Origin: an uncultured delta proteobacterium
Lineage (GTDB): Bacteria; Desulfobacterota; Binatia; Binatales; Binataceae
Reading direction: 5' to 3'
Assembly: GCA_963842085.1 (NCBI GenBank)
Contig: CAWJET010000002.1
Coordinates: forward strand, 1,408,001 to 1,472,000
DNA length: 64,000 nucleotides
The notes beneath the pieces were generated by a model that was given only the letters and a program-made list of their open reading frames with translations, was not told where the DNA came from and made no database searches. A program made the translations under genes and the position numbers. This document shows, one piece after another, positions 38,861-47,861 of the stretch; the stretch's first letter is position 1, and each line of letters starts with the position of its first letter.

Positions 38861-38876
38861 AGCAACCTGAATGCCA
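38861..38876 (-). promoter_or_regulatory. Putative sigma54 promoter of Tad cassette 2
   Basis: Minus strand TGGCATTCAGGTTGCT, GG-N10-GC with TTGC, 170 bp upstream of tadE. Confidence 0.72.
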
Positions 38877-39183
38877 AAGCGTATAATTCGGGATTTCCCG
38901 CATGGTTACTGGTTTTCATCCACGGATTGTAGGAAAAATTGTATCCCAGCAGTGGCAAATCTGCTACACTTGTAGCGTAAAAGTACCTTGATCTAGCTGA
39001 AGAGCAGGCAAACGTGCACTCGGCCTGCCACATCACGTCAAACGGCGCAGGAATTTTATCGATGACTCTCCGACAGCGGGTTTACCCACGGCGGAACACC
39101 ATCATCTAGCAGAAATCTTATTGAAGTCCTGGGGAAATCGCCGGGAGAGCGGTCCAACGCTCTCCCGATAGGCCGGCCGTCCG

Positions 39184-39720
39184 TCTCACCACCGGCAGCA
39201 GCAACAACTTTGACATCGGCAACGAAGGTGTGGCAGGCGAATCGGGCACCATCGGCATTGGCACCAAGGGCACGCAGACTGCCACCTGCATCACCAGCAT
39301 CTTCGCCACCCGCCTTTCAAAGTCCAGCGCAAAGACGGTGCTGATCGACAGCAGCGGCCATCTCGGCGTTCAGGTCTCCTCGGCGCGCTACAAGCGCGAC
39401 ATACACGACATGGGCGAGGCGAGCGGCGGTTTGATGAAGCTGCGCCCGGTGAGCTTCCGCTACAAGCAGGATCCAGCGGGCACGCTACCGCGGAGGAGGT
39501 GGCGCGGGTCTATCCGGAGCTGGTGACGCACGGCGATGACGGCAAGGTCGAGCGGGTGTCGAGCGGGTGCGCTACGAGTTGCTTCCCGCGCTGCTGCTCA
39601 ACGAGGTGCAGAGGCAGGCGAAGGAGAATCAGCGACAAGCCGACCAAATCAGAATCCTCACGGTGCAGGCCGAGCGAAAGGATGAACAGATTGCTTCGCA
39701 GCAGAAGCAAATCGACGCAC
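39184..39720 (+). pseudogene. Peptidase S74 (intramolecular chaperone, tail-fibre-like) C-terminal fragment
   Basis: SSARYKRDIHDM...LRPVSFRYK, AEEVARVYPELV, VRYELL..LLNE; frameshifts including an 11-bp tandem duplication GTCGAGCGGGT. Confidence 0.8.
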
Positions 39721-40127
39721 TCCGTTCGCTGCCGGGAGTCGGTAGAATCGTAGCGGCTACTATAATCGCGGAAGCGTGCACCGCTCTTACCGAACGAGAT
39801 TATCGTGCTCTGCGTGGCCACGCGGGTATCGCGCCCGTCACCAAACAAAGCGGCAAGCAGCGCATGGTCCTGATGCGCTACGCGTGCAATGGCCGCCTTC
39901 GCCATGCGTTCTATCACTGTGCGCGGGTAGCAGTTATCCGTGACCTGCCGAGCAAAAGTTACTACACCGCGCTGCGCCGGCGCGGCCACACTCGTGGCCG
40001 CTCCCTGCACGCCGTCGCTGATCGGCTCCTACGTATCCTGATTGCCATGCTCACCACTCGCACTCTCTTCGATTGTTCCAAGGCACGAACGCGCGGGATC
40101 GAGACGCTTTCGGAGAAAGTCGCGTGA
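39720..40127 (+). pseudogene. IS110-family transposase C-terminal fragment
   Basis: LRSLPGVGRIVAATIIAE, AGIAPVTKQSGK, N.RLRHA, A.RLLRIL.AML; N-terminal domain absent. Confidence 0.85.
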
Positions 40128-40334
40128 ACTACTTGATCGCGGGTGGGGAGTCCTCGCGCTCCCCCTGACCACAAACTACCAATCGAATGATGAGTGCAGA
40201 AAACTAGGAAATGAAATGTCGGAGGATGGGCCAAATGTAAATATCAAAGTGGGCCAGACCGCATTGTCAAAAGCAACTGTCTCGAATTCGTAGGGGTCGG
40301 TCAGCACAAGCAAACTCCGGATGCCCACAGGGAT

Positions 40335-40937
40335 ATGCTCGTGTCGGTTTCGCCGCACGTGCTTCAAGCCTTTCGCCTTGTCCATACCACTTCGGCGCTG
40401 ATCGAAATGGCGACGCAAAGAAGTGGCCCGAATTGCGCCGAGCGCGCCCTGATGGCGATCGACCTTAATGGGATGATCGCGATGGAAACTGCCGGCGCGA
40501 CACGAGCGCTCGAGAAATTTTTCCTGAAGCTAAGCAGTCACGGTTTGCCAGAGCAGCTTGCTCAATGGATTTCGCGGTCGGAGCAGACTATGCGAAAGGC
40601 CACCGACGTTCCGGATATTCGCCATCCCCTTGTTATAGAGCGGGACGGCACTCGCCTTACTGTCCATCTGGTTTCGAAGCCCGAGCAGAATTTCCTGGTG
40701 TTCGAAGAGCACCGCCTGGCGATCAATGCTGCGGCGCTCGGAGCCCTTCGGTTGACGCAGCGTGAATCAGAAATCCTGGCTCACGTTGCGGCTGGCAAGA
40801 CCAATCCCGACATTGGGATTATTCTGGGCATAAGTTCGCGAACTGTCTCGAAACACGTCGAGCACATCCTCGAAGCGCTTGGCGTCGAGACGCGAACCGC
40901 AGCAGCAGCGATCGCCCTGGAAACCGCAGACCTCTGA
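40335..40937 (+). CDS. LuxR-type HTH regulator, possibly 5'-truncated
   Basis: LTQRESEIL..VAAGKTNPDIGIILGISSRTVSKHVEHI..LGVETR. Confidence 0.8.
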   Translation: MLVSVSPHVLQAFRLVHTTSALIEMATQRSGPNCAERALMAIDLNGMIAMETAGATRALEKFFLKLSSHGLPEQLAQWISRSEQTMRKATDVPDIRHPLVIERDGTRLTVHLVSKPEQNFLVFEEHRLAINAAALGALRLTQRESEILAHVAAGKTNPDIGIILGISSRTVSKHVEHILEALGVETRTAAAAIALETADL

Positions 40938-41008
40938 GGTCTGGTTCTACTCAGCAACAAAACGGCGCAGGGGGCATCCCCATCGGAATTGATGAATTGA
41001 TTAGCGCA

Positions 41009-41250
41009 AATTTCGCCACTTCAGAACGAGGACGAGCTCTTCCTGGTGACGAAGGGGCGGCTTACTGATAAGACTGCGCGACGGCGAGATTCGGCTTGGT
41101 CCCGGAGAATTCGTGGTCGTCCCTCGCGGTGTTGACAATCTGCCGATGGCCGAGGACGAGGTCCACGTCATCTTGATCGAACCCAAAACGACGCTGAACA
41201 CTGGCAACGTCATGGGTGACAAGACCGTAGCCCATCTCGAGAAAGTATAA
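41009..41250 (+). pseudogene. Cupin-domain protein fragment
   Basis: EDELFLV, then shifted frame LGPGEFVVVPRGV..PMAEDEVHVILIEP.TTLNTGNV. Confidence 0.7.
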
Positions 41251-41280
41251 GACGAATCACTCGAGTGATACGATTCCGCA

Positions 41281-42408
41281 ATGCTCGAGCGGCGGACTCT
41301 CTTCATGGTGGTTGCATTCTTCCTGGCGGGCTGCCACGGCCAGGGGAACGCCAGATCGTTCACCTACAGGTTGCGTAAACCACAGAATGAGCAGGGGTAC
41401 TCGACCCTACATACGATGCGCGACGGCGCCCTGCTGGTGGCTACCAAGCGGCTCGAACAGCCCAAGCAAATCTGGACTCTTACGCGCATCGAGGCGTGGG
41501 ACACCTCGCAACCGCGTGAGGATGAGCTGGATATTGACGTAGGGCCGAACGATGAACTGCTCGGATGGTTGTCTCAGAAGGATCGATCGGATCGGAACGA
41601 CCAGCTCTTAATGGACCCAGGAGGGAATTATCTCGTAGTCCGTTTGAGCCAGAACGCAGATACATGGAACTTCCCCGGCTTCCCCGGCCAATCTGCAAAG
41701 CCGCTGTCTGTTCTGAACATTATCGATCTCCACGGGTTCAAGCTTCTCAGGCGCGTCGTGCTCACCGATCCCCTGCTGGCCGCAGGCGACATGGGTTTCA
41801 GCCCCAGCGGAGCCTTCGTAGTGAGCGGCCTTCAGGACTATCGGAGCGCGACGGTCGACGGCAAGGTGACCAAAACGGGCCAGTATGCGGTGGAAACCTT
41901 AACCTTACCCTTCCTCAAGCCTGAAACGGTGTGTACTTACACCATTATCAACAAATTGTATCTCGCCGAGACCGCTTCGACTCCGGAAGAAAAGGCATGC
42001 GGACCGAAACTCGTCCCGTTGGGGTTCTCCTCGCTCGACGATCTGCGTAAAAGTCTCAACTCCCTTGGAATGGCGGAATACAACGCGGACCACACGCCGA
42101 CGAGTCTTGCAGAAAACCTGCCTTCGGGTTGCACATTCGAGGATCTTTCCGCGAACCTGAAATACGCGCTGGTTGATTGCGACGAGAGCCGCGTTCAAAT
42201 GACATTTTTCTCCTGGTACCGCGGGTTCAAGGTTCTCGACCTCGAGGATCGAACCCAGATCATGGATTTGCGGGTGCCGCGCGGTTCACTGGCGTCGCAC
42301 GGTTGGGGCCGCCCCCGGTTCTCCGGTGTGCTTGCCACGAGCCGCGGAGTCACATACGTGGTTCTATTGCATGATGGCGCCGAACTGGAAGGCTACCGCG
42401 TGCCTTAG
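41281..42408 (+). CDS. Hypothetical lipoprotein
   Basis: Lipobox FLAGC; 375-aa open frame; no family recognised. Confidence 0.65.
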   Translation: MLERRTLFMVVAFFLAGCHGQGNARSFTYRLRKPQNEQGYSTLHTMRDGALLVATKRLEQPKQIWTLTRIEAWDTSQPREDELDIDVGPNDELLGWLSQKDRSDRNDQLLMDPGGNYLVVRLSQNADTWNFPGFPGQSAKPLSVLNIIDLHGFKLLRRVVLTDPLLAAGDMGFSPSGAFVVSGLQDYRSATVDGKVTKTGQYAVETLTLPFLKPETVCTYTIINKLYLAETASTPEEKACGPKLVPLGFSSLDDLRKSLNSLGMAEYNADHTPTSLAENLPSGCTFEDLSANLKYALVDCDESRVQMTFFSWYRGFKVLDLEDRTQIMDLRVPRGSLASHGWGRPRFSGVLATSRGVTYVVLLHDGAELEGYRVP

Positions 42409-42616
42409 TCTGCCGAAGTAAAGCGGACCCATCCAGCGCTGTCTGATCATTGGGAGCGCGAGGGCCGTCCTCCTCGCCGCTCCGTTTAGTGCCTGGAGAG
42501 TTTGGAAGGGCGGTGAACAGTCCGGCTTTGCGCTTGTTGCTTGAGCCGGCAGCTATCAATGGATCCAGGTCATGCGCTTCCTTCAATCGAGCCGTTCGGC
42601 ATCTGACCCGAGACGC

Positions 42617-42859
42617 TTACTCCACGCCCTCCTGGAAGATGGCATCGCCGCTCTCTTCGTCTTTCCCGACCTGTGCGGGCGGCGGGGTCAGCGCGATCGT
42701 TACGTTTTCAATCGTGCCCGTGAATTTGTTGTCGCCTTCTCTGTAGTCCTCGGTCACAGGCGTCGCGAGGTCTTCGCCAACGTCTTCGGTCTCGTCGGCG
42801 GAAAAAACGTAGGGGACCGTATTCTCGATTCGGCCCTCAGCCACCTTTTCTCCATTCAC
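42617..42859 (-). pseudogene. Arylsulfatase-type C-terminal fragment, cut at the CTAG/MITE junction
   Basis: NGEKVAEGRIENTVP..FSADET.DVG.D..TPV.EDY...FTG.I. Confidence 0.75.
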
Positions 42860-42862
42860 CTA

Positions 42863-42965
42863 GTATCCTGTCCCATAAATAACTTTACTTGTACCGACGG
42901 TTTTCTTAAGCAATCACAGGGTAAAAATGACCAGACGGCCAAAACCTATTTGCGGGACAGGACAC
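42863..42965 (+). mobile_element. IS630-derived MITE (103 bp), copy 3
   Basis: Bounded by CTAG at 42860 and 42965; same IRs as copy 2. Confidence 0.88.
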
Positions 42966-42967
42966 TA

Positions 42968-43070
42968 GTGTCGTGTCCCGCAAATAGGTTTATGTTGTCG
43001 GCGCCATCTGTCCACGAAACTGCTTCAGAAAATCGTCGGTACAAGTAAAGTTATTTATGGGACAGGATAC
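42968..43070 (-). mobile_element. IS630-derived MITE (103 bp), copy 4, inverted near-copy of 26856-26958
   Basis: Bounded by CTAG at 42965 and 43070; reverse complement aligns without gaps to copy 2 with few mismatches. Confidence 0.9.
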
Positions 43071-43073
43071 TAG

Positions 43074-43385
43074 GGAAGCTCTGCACAGGTCGGTGTGCGG
43101 GGGCAATTTGCTGAAGTGGTCATGACAATCGGGTTCAGAGAGCGGAGGATGAGTGATGATTGGTCCGGCGTTGAGCGCCGCCGAGACTGCTCGCTGCCCG
43201 AAGTTTCTTCACAGCCCACACCTGGCCCCTGCTGGGAGCAGTTGCCTGCGGACTTGGTAGAGGTTGGCCAGGGCGAACATGGTCTGCGCCCGCGCCAGGT
43301 TTTTGGCCAGGCCGCGGTATCTCACTTTGGTGAAACCCCACAGTTGCTTGACCACGCGAAAGGCGTGTTCGCCGCGAGCCGGGTC
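43074..43385 (-). pseudogene. IS5-family right end with transposase C-terminus
   Basis: EHAFRVVKQLWGFTKVRYRGLAKNLARAQTMFALANLY; IR GGAAGCTCTGCAC after CTAG. Confidence 0.85.
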
Positions 43386-43420
43386 CGCGAGCGCGCCCGG
43401 TTGATCATCCGCCAGCGCTC

Positions 43421-43449
43421 CGGTGCGGTAACTATTTCAGGGAAGGGAG
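43421..43449 (+). repeat. 29-bp inverted repeat, left copy
   Basis: CGGTGCGGTAACTATTTCAGGGAAGGGAG; 27/29 match to the reverse complement of 46534-46562. Confidence 0.85.
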
Positions 43450-43473
43450 ACGTGGAGATGGGAGGGCGACGAA

Positions 43474-43634
43474 CGTGAAAAAACGGTCTTATCGGTCGCG
43501 CACACACCCCACGACTTGAGTCCGAATTGCGTGATGACGAGGTCGGGTTTTGGCGCCGCCACCGCTTGACCCGCCATTGCGATCGCGGCGATGCCGAACG
43601 TGATTAGTGCGAGTATTTTGGAGTTGGCCTTCAC
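43474..43634 (-). pseudogene. N-terminus of a secreted protein (CARDB-like start), truncated
   Basis: AAGGAG RBS, signal peptide, PKPDLVIT; frame runs into the inverted repeat. Confidence 0.55.
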
Positions 43635-44071
43635 TATACTTACTCCTTTCGAGCACGGCGCAAGCCTACATCTTTTTGAACGCTAAAAACACTCGCGGTC
43701 GAACCCGGCTAGGCGTTTCCCTCCCTTTTCTGCTCGTCTCAGGCCGGAATAGTTACGCCGTACAGCCGGCAGGCCTGGATGGGGAGCGAGCCTCGAGGTG
43801 ACTGCTAAGGTCCGCTTAAGTAGCGTCAGCGACACATTGTTGCATCGATTCTAGAATTTGTAGCCATCGGCTGATTGATGGCGGGAGCACGCCGCCTTTT
43901 TTCAGGGCTATTGACTAATCGTTAGTGGCGCATTAATTGCAGGGGCGGTTCGGATGAGCGGGATGAAAGGTGTGAATGCACTGTTAGATATTAGCGCTAC
44001 TGGAACATCGGTAGAATTGACCCTTCACGCGCCGGCAGGGTAAACAGCGACTTGGTAATCGCCGGCTCGTA

Positions 44072-46504
44072 TTGAGCGCACCGTCCAGTCTGCTACCAAA
44101 GGGAAGGATCCTCTTGCTTGCTATCGCGGTTGCCTACTCTTGGGGAAAAGCATGGATCGGCGTGATCGCGATTTGTTGTGCGGCCGCACTTGCTATCTTC
44201 GGCCTTCATGGTTCTTCAGGCCGTGCGTACAGCGCGGACTCCACCCCGACGCTCTTCGTTACGGACGGCTGCTCCAGGGCCGTGACAGCTTATCCAGCCG
44301 CAAGCAACGGTGACATTTCGCCGCTGGCCCCCGCCCCTACCGGCCTTGCCCAACCGCAATATGTGGCCGTTGACAAAAATGGGAACATTTACGCCACCAA
44401 CCTTTGCACAAGGACCATCACCATTTACACCGAAGGGAGTAAGGGCAATGCTGCTCCCATCGCCATCATTGGCGGAAGCAACACCGGCTTAAGCAGCCCG
44501 GAAGGCATCGCGGTGGATTCCGGCGGCAACATCTACGTGGCAGATTTAGGTGCCGCCAGCCTGTTCGTCTATCCGCCGCTGGGAAGCAGCACCGGGTCGC
44601 TCAACGAGGCCCCCACCGCTACCATCAGCGGGAGCAACACCGGCCTGAATGCTCCGGTCGGCATCGCGCTGGATTCCAGCCGCAACATCTACGTGGCGGA
44701 TGCAAACGGCAACAGCGTGCTTGTCTATCCGCCGCTGGGAAGCAGCACCGGGTCGCTCAATGAGGCCCCGGCCGCCACCATTAGTGGGACCAACACTAGT
44801 CTGGGCGTACCACAAGGCATCGCGCTGGATTCCAGCCGCAACATCTATGTGGCGGCTGGAAACGGACGCGAAGTGTTTGTGTATTCAGCCGGGAGCAACG
44901 GCAATGCCTCCCCAATCGCCACTATCAATGGGACCGAGACCGACTTGGTCAACCCAGTCGGCATCGCGCTGGATTCCAGCGACCAAATCTATGTGGTGGA
45001 TTCCGGAACCAAAAGCGTGTTTGTCTATCCACCGCTGGGAAGCAACACCGGGTCGCTTAATGAGGCCCCGGCCGCCACGATTAGCGGGACCAACACCGGT
45101 CTTTTCTTACCACAAGGCATCGCGCTGGATACTGGCCGCAACATCTATGTGGCGGACGGAGGCAACTCCAGCGTGACGGTCTACTCGCCCGTAGGAAGCA
45201 GTACCGGGCTGCTCAACGAGGCCCCCAGCGCCTCCATTAGCACGACCATGACCACCGGTCTGATCTATCCAGAAGGCATCGCGCTGGATTCCAGCTCCAA
45301 CATCTATGTAGCGGATTCTGGCGCCGCCGACGTATTTGTCTACCCTGCCGGGAGTAACGGCGACACCGCCACACTCGCCACCATCAGCGGGAGCAACACC
45401 GGCCTGCGGGACCCACAGGGCATCGCGCTGGATTCCAGCGCCAACATCTATGTGGTGGATCTTTTGGGCAGCTTGTTTGTCTACTCGCCGCTCGGAAGCA
45501 GCACTGGGCTGCTCAACGAGGTCCCGACCGCCACGATCAGCGGGGGCAACACCGGCCTGAACGCTCCAGTCGGCATCGCGCTGGATTCCAGCCGCAACAT
45601 CTACGTGTCGGATTCAGGTGCCGCCAGCGTGTTTGTCTACCCGCCGCTGGGACATAGCACAGGGCCACTGAACGAGGCCCCCACCGCCACCATCAGCGGG
45701 AGCAACACCGGCCTGCGGGATCCACAAGGCATCGCGCTGGATTCCAGCCGCAACATCTACGTGGTGGACTGCGGTGAGTGTAACGGAAATGGCACCGGCA
45801 CCAGCGTGTTTGTCTATCCGCCGCTGGGAAGCAGCACCGGGTCGCTCAACGAGGCCCCCACTGCCACCATCAGCGGGAGAAATACCAGCCTGCTATATCC
45901 GATCGGCATCGCGCTGGATTCTAGCGGCGACATCTATGTGGTCGATCTTTTCGGCAGCGTGTTTGTCTATCCCCCGCTGGGAAGCAGCACTGGAGTGCTC
46001 GACGAGTTTCCCAGTGCCGACATAAGCGGACCACAAACGGAACTGGGTGAGCCTCTGTTCATCGCCATTCAGCAGTTGGGAGCTGCCACGCCGACGCCAA
46101 CCGCGAGTCCGACCTTCACCGCGGCGACAGCAACTCCAACGCCGACCGCGATTGCGACGCCGACTCCAACTGCGGCGCCGGTGACGCTTGAGATCAAGCC
46201 GAAAGCGCTCAAGTTCGCGAAGATCACGGTTGGAACGCCGAGCGAACCGAAAACGGTTACGGTGTCCAATCCTAAGGGCACCAAGAAGCATCCGGGGTCT
46301 GCGGTGTTGATCGAGATGATTTCCGATCCGGCGGTCTTCACCCAGACCAACGACTGTCCCGCGAGTCTAGCGCCGGGCACGGGTTGTTCGATCTCGGTGA
46401 CATTTACTCCGAGCGCGCCCACGAATCAGACCGGAGTGCTGACGATTACCGACAATGCGAAGGGTGGTAGGCAGACGGTGTCGCTTAGTGGCACGGGAAA
46501 ATAG
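44072..46504 (+). CDS. Secreted NHL-repeat beta-propeller protein with Pro/Thr linker and C-terminal Ig-like (ASH-type) domain
   Basis: About 12 repeats of GL..P.GIALDS..NIYV.D; TPTPT linker; FTQTNDC..LAPG..C.ISVTFTP; start uncertain. Confidence 0.9.
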   Translation: MSAPSSLLPKGRILLLAIAVAYSWGKAWIGVIAICCAAALAIFGLHGSSGRAYSADSTPTLFVTDGCSRAVTAYPAASNGDISPLAPAPTGLAQPQYVAVDKNGNIYATNLCTRTITIYTEGSKGNAAPIAIIGGSNTGLSSPEGIAVDSGGNIYVADLGAASLFVYPPLGSSTGSLNEAPTATISGSNTGLNAPVGIALDSSRNIYVADANGNSVLVYPPLGSSTGSLNEAPAATISGTNTSLGVPQGIALDSSRNIYVAAGNGREVFVYSAGSNGNASPIATINGTETDLVNPVGIALDSSDQIYVVDSGTKSVFVYPPLGSNTGSLNEAPAATISGTNTGLFLPQGIALDTGRNIYVADGGNSSVTVYSPVGSSTGLLNEAPSASISTTMTTGLIYPEGIALDSSSNIYVADSGAADVFVYPAGSNGDTATLATISGSNTGLRDPQGIALDSSANIYVVDLLGSLFVYSPLGSSTGLLNEVPTATISGGNTGLNAPVGIALDSSRNIYVSDSGAASVFVYPPLGHSTGPLNEAPTATISGSNTGLRDPQGIALDSSRNIYVVDCGECNGNGTGTSVFVYPPLGSSTGSLNEAPTATISGRNTSLLYPIGIALDSSGDIYVVDLFGSVFVYPPLGSSTGVLDEFPSADISGPQTELGEPLFIAIQQLGAATPTPTASPTFTAATATPTPTAIATPTPTAAPVTLEIKPKALKFAKITVGTPSEPKTVTVSNPKGTKKHPGSAVLIEMISDPAVFTQTNDCPASLAPGTGCSISVTFTPSAPTNQTGVLTITDNAKGGRQTVSLSGTGK

Positions 46505-46533
46505 CAGAGACAAGCGCCGCCACCGCCTTCTGC

Positions 46534-46562
46534 CTCCCTTCCCTGAAATGCTTACCGCACCG
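46534..46562 (-). repeat. 29-bp inverted repeat, right copy
   Basis: Minus strand reads CGGTGCGGTAAGCATTTCAGGGAAGGGAG. Confidence 0.85.
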
Positions 46563-46605
46563 TCCGTGTACCAGTGCACCCTCCGGGAAGTGCACACACA
46601 TCCGC

Positions 46606-46703
46606 ATGTCGGGCGCGGACATTGGATAATCCTGGACGAAGCAATTTTGCATATCAACATTGACGGGCGCTGTGCTGGTTGGAACTACATCAAAGTCAGC
46701 CAT
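46606..46703 (-). pseudogene. Isochorismatase/cysteine hydrolase N-terminal fragment
   Basis: MADFDVVPTSTA.VNVDMQNCFV. Confidence 0.55.
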
Positions 46704-46984
46704 GAGCTGGGGAGGGAATGCCGCTCGTCGCAAACGCGTAGTTGACAACGCTCGACCCCCCGGTGCAGACGCGAAGCAACCCGGTCAGCGCTGGAAAAGC
46801 CTTGGACCGAACCCGCGAAAACACTGCTTGGGAGGTCGTTTAATGTACGAGGCGATTTCAAAATCCGAGAGAAAAGGGAATGTCAGTTCAGATTTGTCAG
46901 TAATATTTTTTGATGATTGTTGACTCGTATTTACGATATAGTTAGTTTTACTGCGCACCACAGAATCGCCAACGAGGGGGGCCG

Positions 46985-47407
46985 ATGAGGGTCGAGGACG
47001 CACTGCGAAAAATCGCACTATTGCGCAGGATCAGCACCGATAAGGGAGCACTGCCGGCGGAGAGAGAGACTGCGCACCGCCTGCAGAAGCTGCTGATGGA
47101 GCGTTACGCGATCAGGCACCAGGAGGTCTCTGAGGCCTCGCCGACGACGACTTTTCGCTTAAACTGGAGTTACTGGCGGGAACTGCTTGAAGATTTCGAC
47201 CTGTGTTTGAACCATTTTGGTGGCCGCGGCAGCGCCAAGGTCGGGAACAACAGTATCGTCTACATCAGGCTTGCTACCAACCAATGGCGGATCGAAGAGA
47301 GGTCCCCGAGCGGTTGGCAACCCACGGTTCGTGATCGGGGTATACGATCGTTGCGCGAATACCTTAAAGTGCACGCGCCAAAGAGCTATTCGCTTCTAAG
47401 GCGCTGA
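46985..47407 (+). CDS. Hypothetical protein with DUF2786-like N-terminus
   Basis: LRKIALL...GA.PAERETA....KLLMERY pattern. Confidence 0.55.
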   Translation: MRVEDALRKIALLRRISTDKGALPAERETAHRLQKLLMERYAIRHQEVSEASPTTTFRLNWSYWRELLEDFDLCLNHFGGRGSAKVGNNSIVYIRLATNQWRIEERSPSGWQPTVRDRGIRSLREYLKVHAPKSYSLLRR

Positions 47408-47592
47408 TCGCCGCGCCGTCAGCGCGGGCGTGATTGGTTTCCGGCTTCGGTCACCTCGGGACCGTTCCTATTCTTTCGCGCATTGTGGAAGCACGGTGCC
47501 AGCTCGCGCGAGTGCCAACCAGGGCCGCCCGTCCCTCCGCGCATCCTCGCTGAAATAGTCACGCTCATCCCAGGCTGTGAGCACACATCAGG

Positions 47593-47861
47593 CATCGATG
47601 GGGGGGAGCCCCTGGCGACCCTGAGATCAGGGTGACCGGTACGCAGCTGCACCCTCCTGGCAACTGCGCATCACGGGCATCGATGGGGGGCGAGCCTCCA
47701 GCGCCCGGATATCCGGGTGACCCATTAACCCTTTTCTGTTCTTGCCCGTCTTCGCTGAAATAGTTACCGTGCTGCTGTCCGACAATGTACCATCCCTCAT
47801 TCAGCACCACTCCAAACATCGATGGGGGGGAGCCCCCTGGTGACCAGAGATCATGGTGACC
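47593..47861. repeat. Three 45-bp imperfect direct repeats with a conserved hairpin
   Basis: 47593-47637, 47678-47722, 47817-47861: CATCGATG, G-run, GAGCC, hairpin, GGTGACC. Confidence 0.85.

Noticed and set aside
39015-39030. Second sigma54-like site TGGCAGGCCGAGTGCA upstream of Tad cassette 2
   Set aside because: Weaker match (no TTGC) and farther away than the site at 38861.
39720-40200. Functional IS110 bridge-RNA system
   Set aside because: Only the C-terminal part of the transposase remains; the N-terminal domain and left end are missing.
42860-43073. Regularly spaced TGTCCC..AAATA repeats (also 26853-26961) as a CRISPR array
   Set aside because: They are inverted terminal repeats matching the IS630 ends, separated by CTAG; no cas genes are present.
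23832-43092. 23-bp direct repeat CTAGGGAA(C/G)CTCTGCACAGGTCG as attL/attR of a 19-kb element
   Set aside because: The second copy is the terminal IR of an IS5 remnant plus its CTAG target, so IS ends explain both copies; no integrase is present.
43421-43449. GTGCG start as a group II intron 5' end, or GGTGCG..TAA as a XerC arm
   Set aside because: No intron domain V, no reverse transcriptase and no XerD-like partner arm.
47593-47861. 45-bp repeats as a CRISPR array
   Set aside because: Only three divergent copies, spacers of 40 and 94 bp, no cas genes. Kept as an unexplained repeat.
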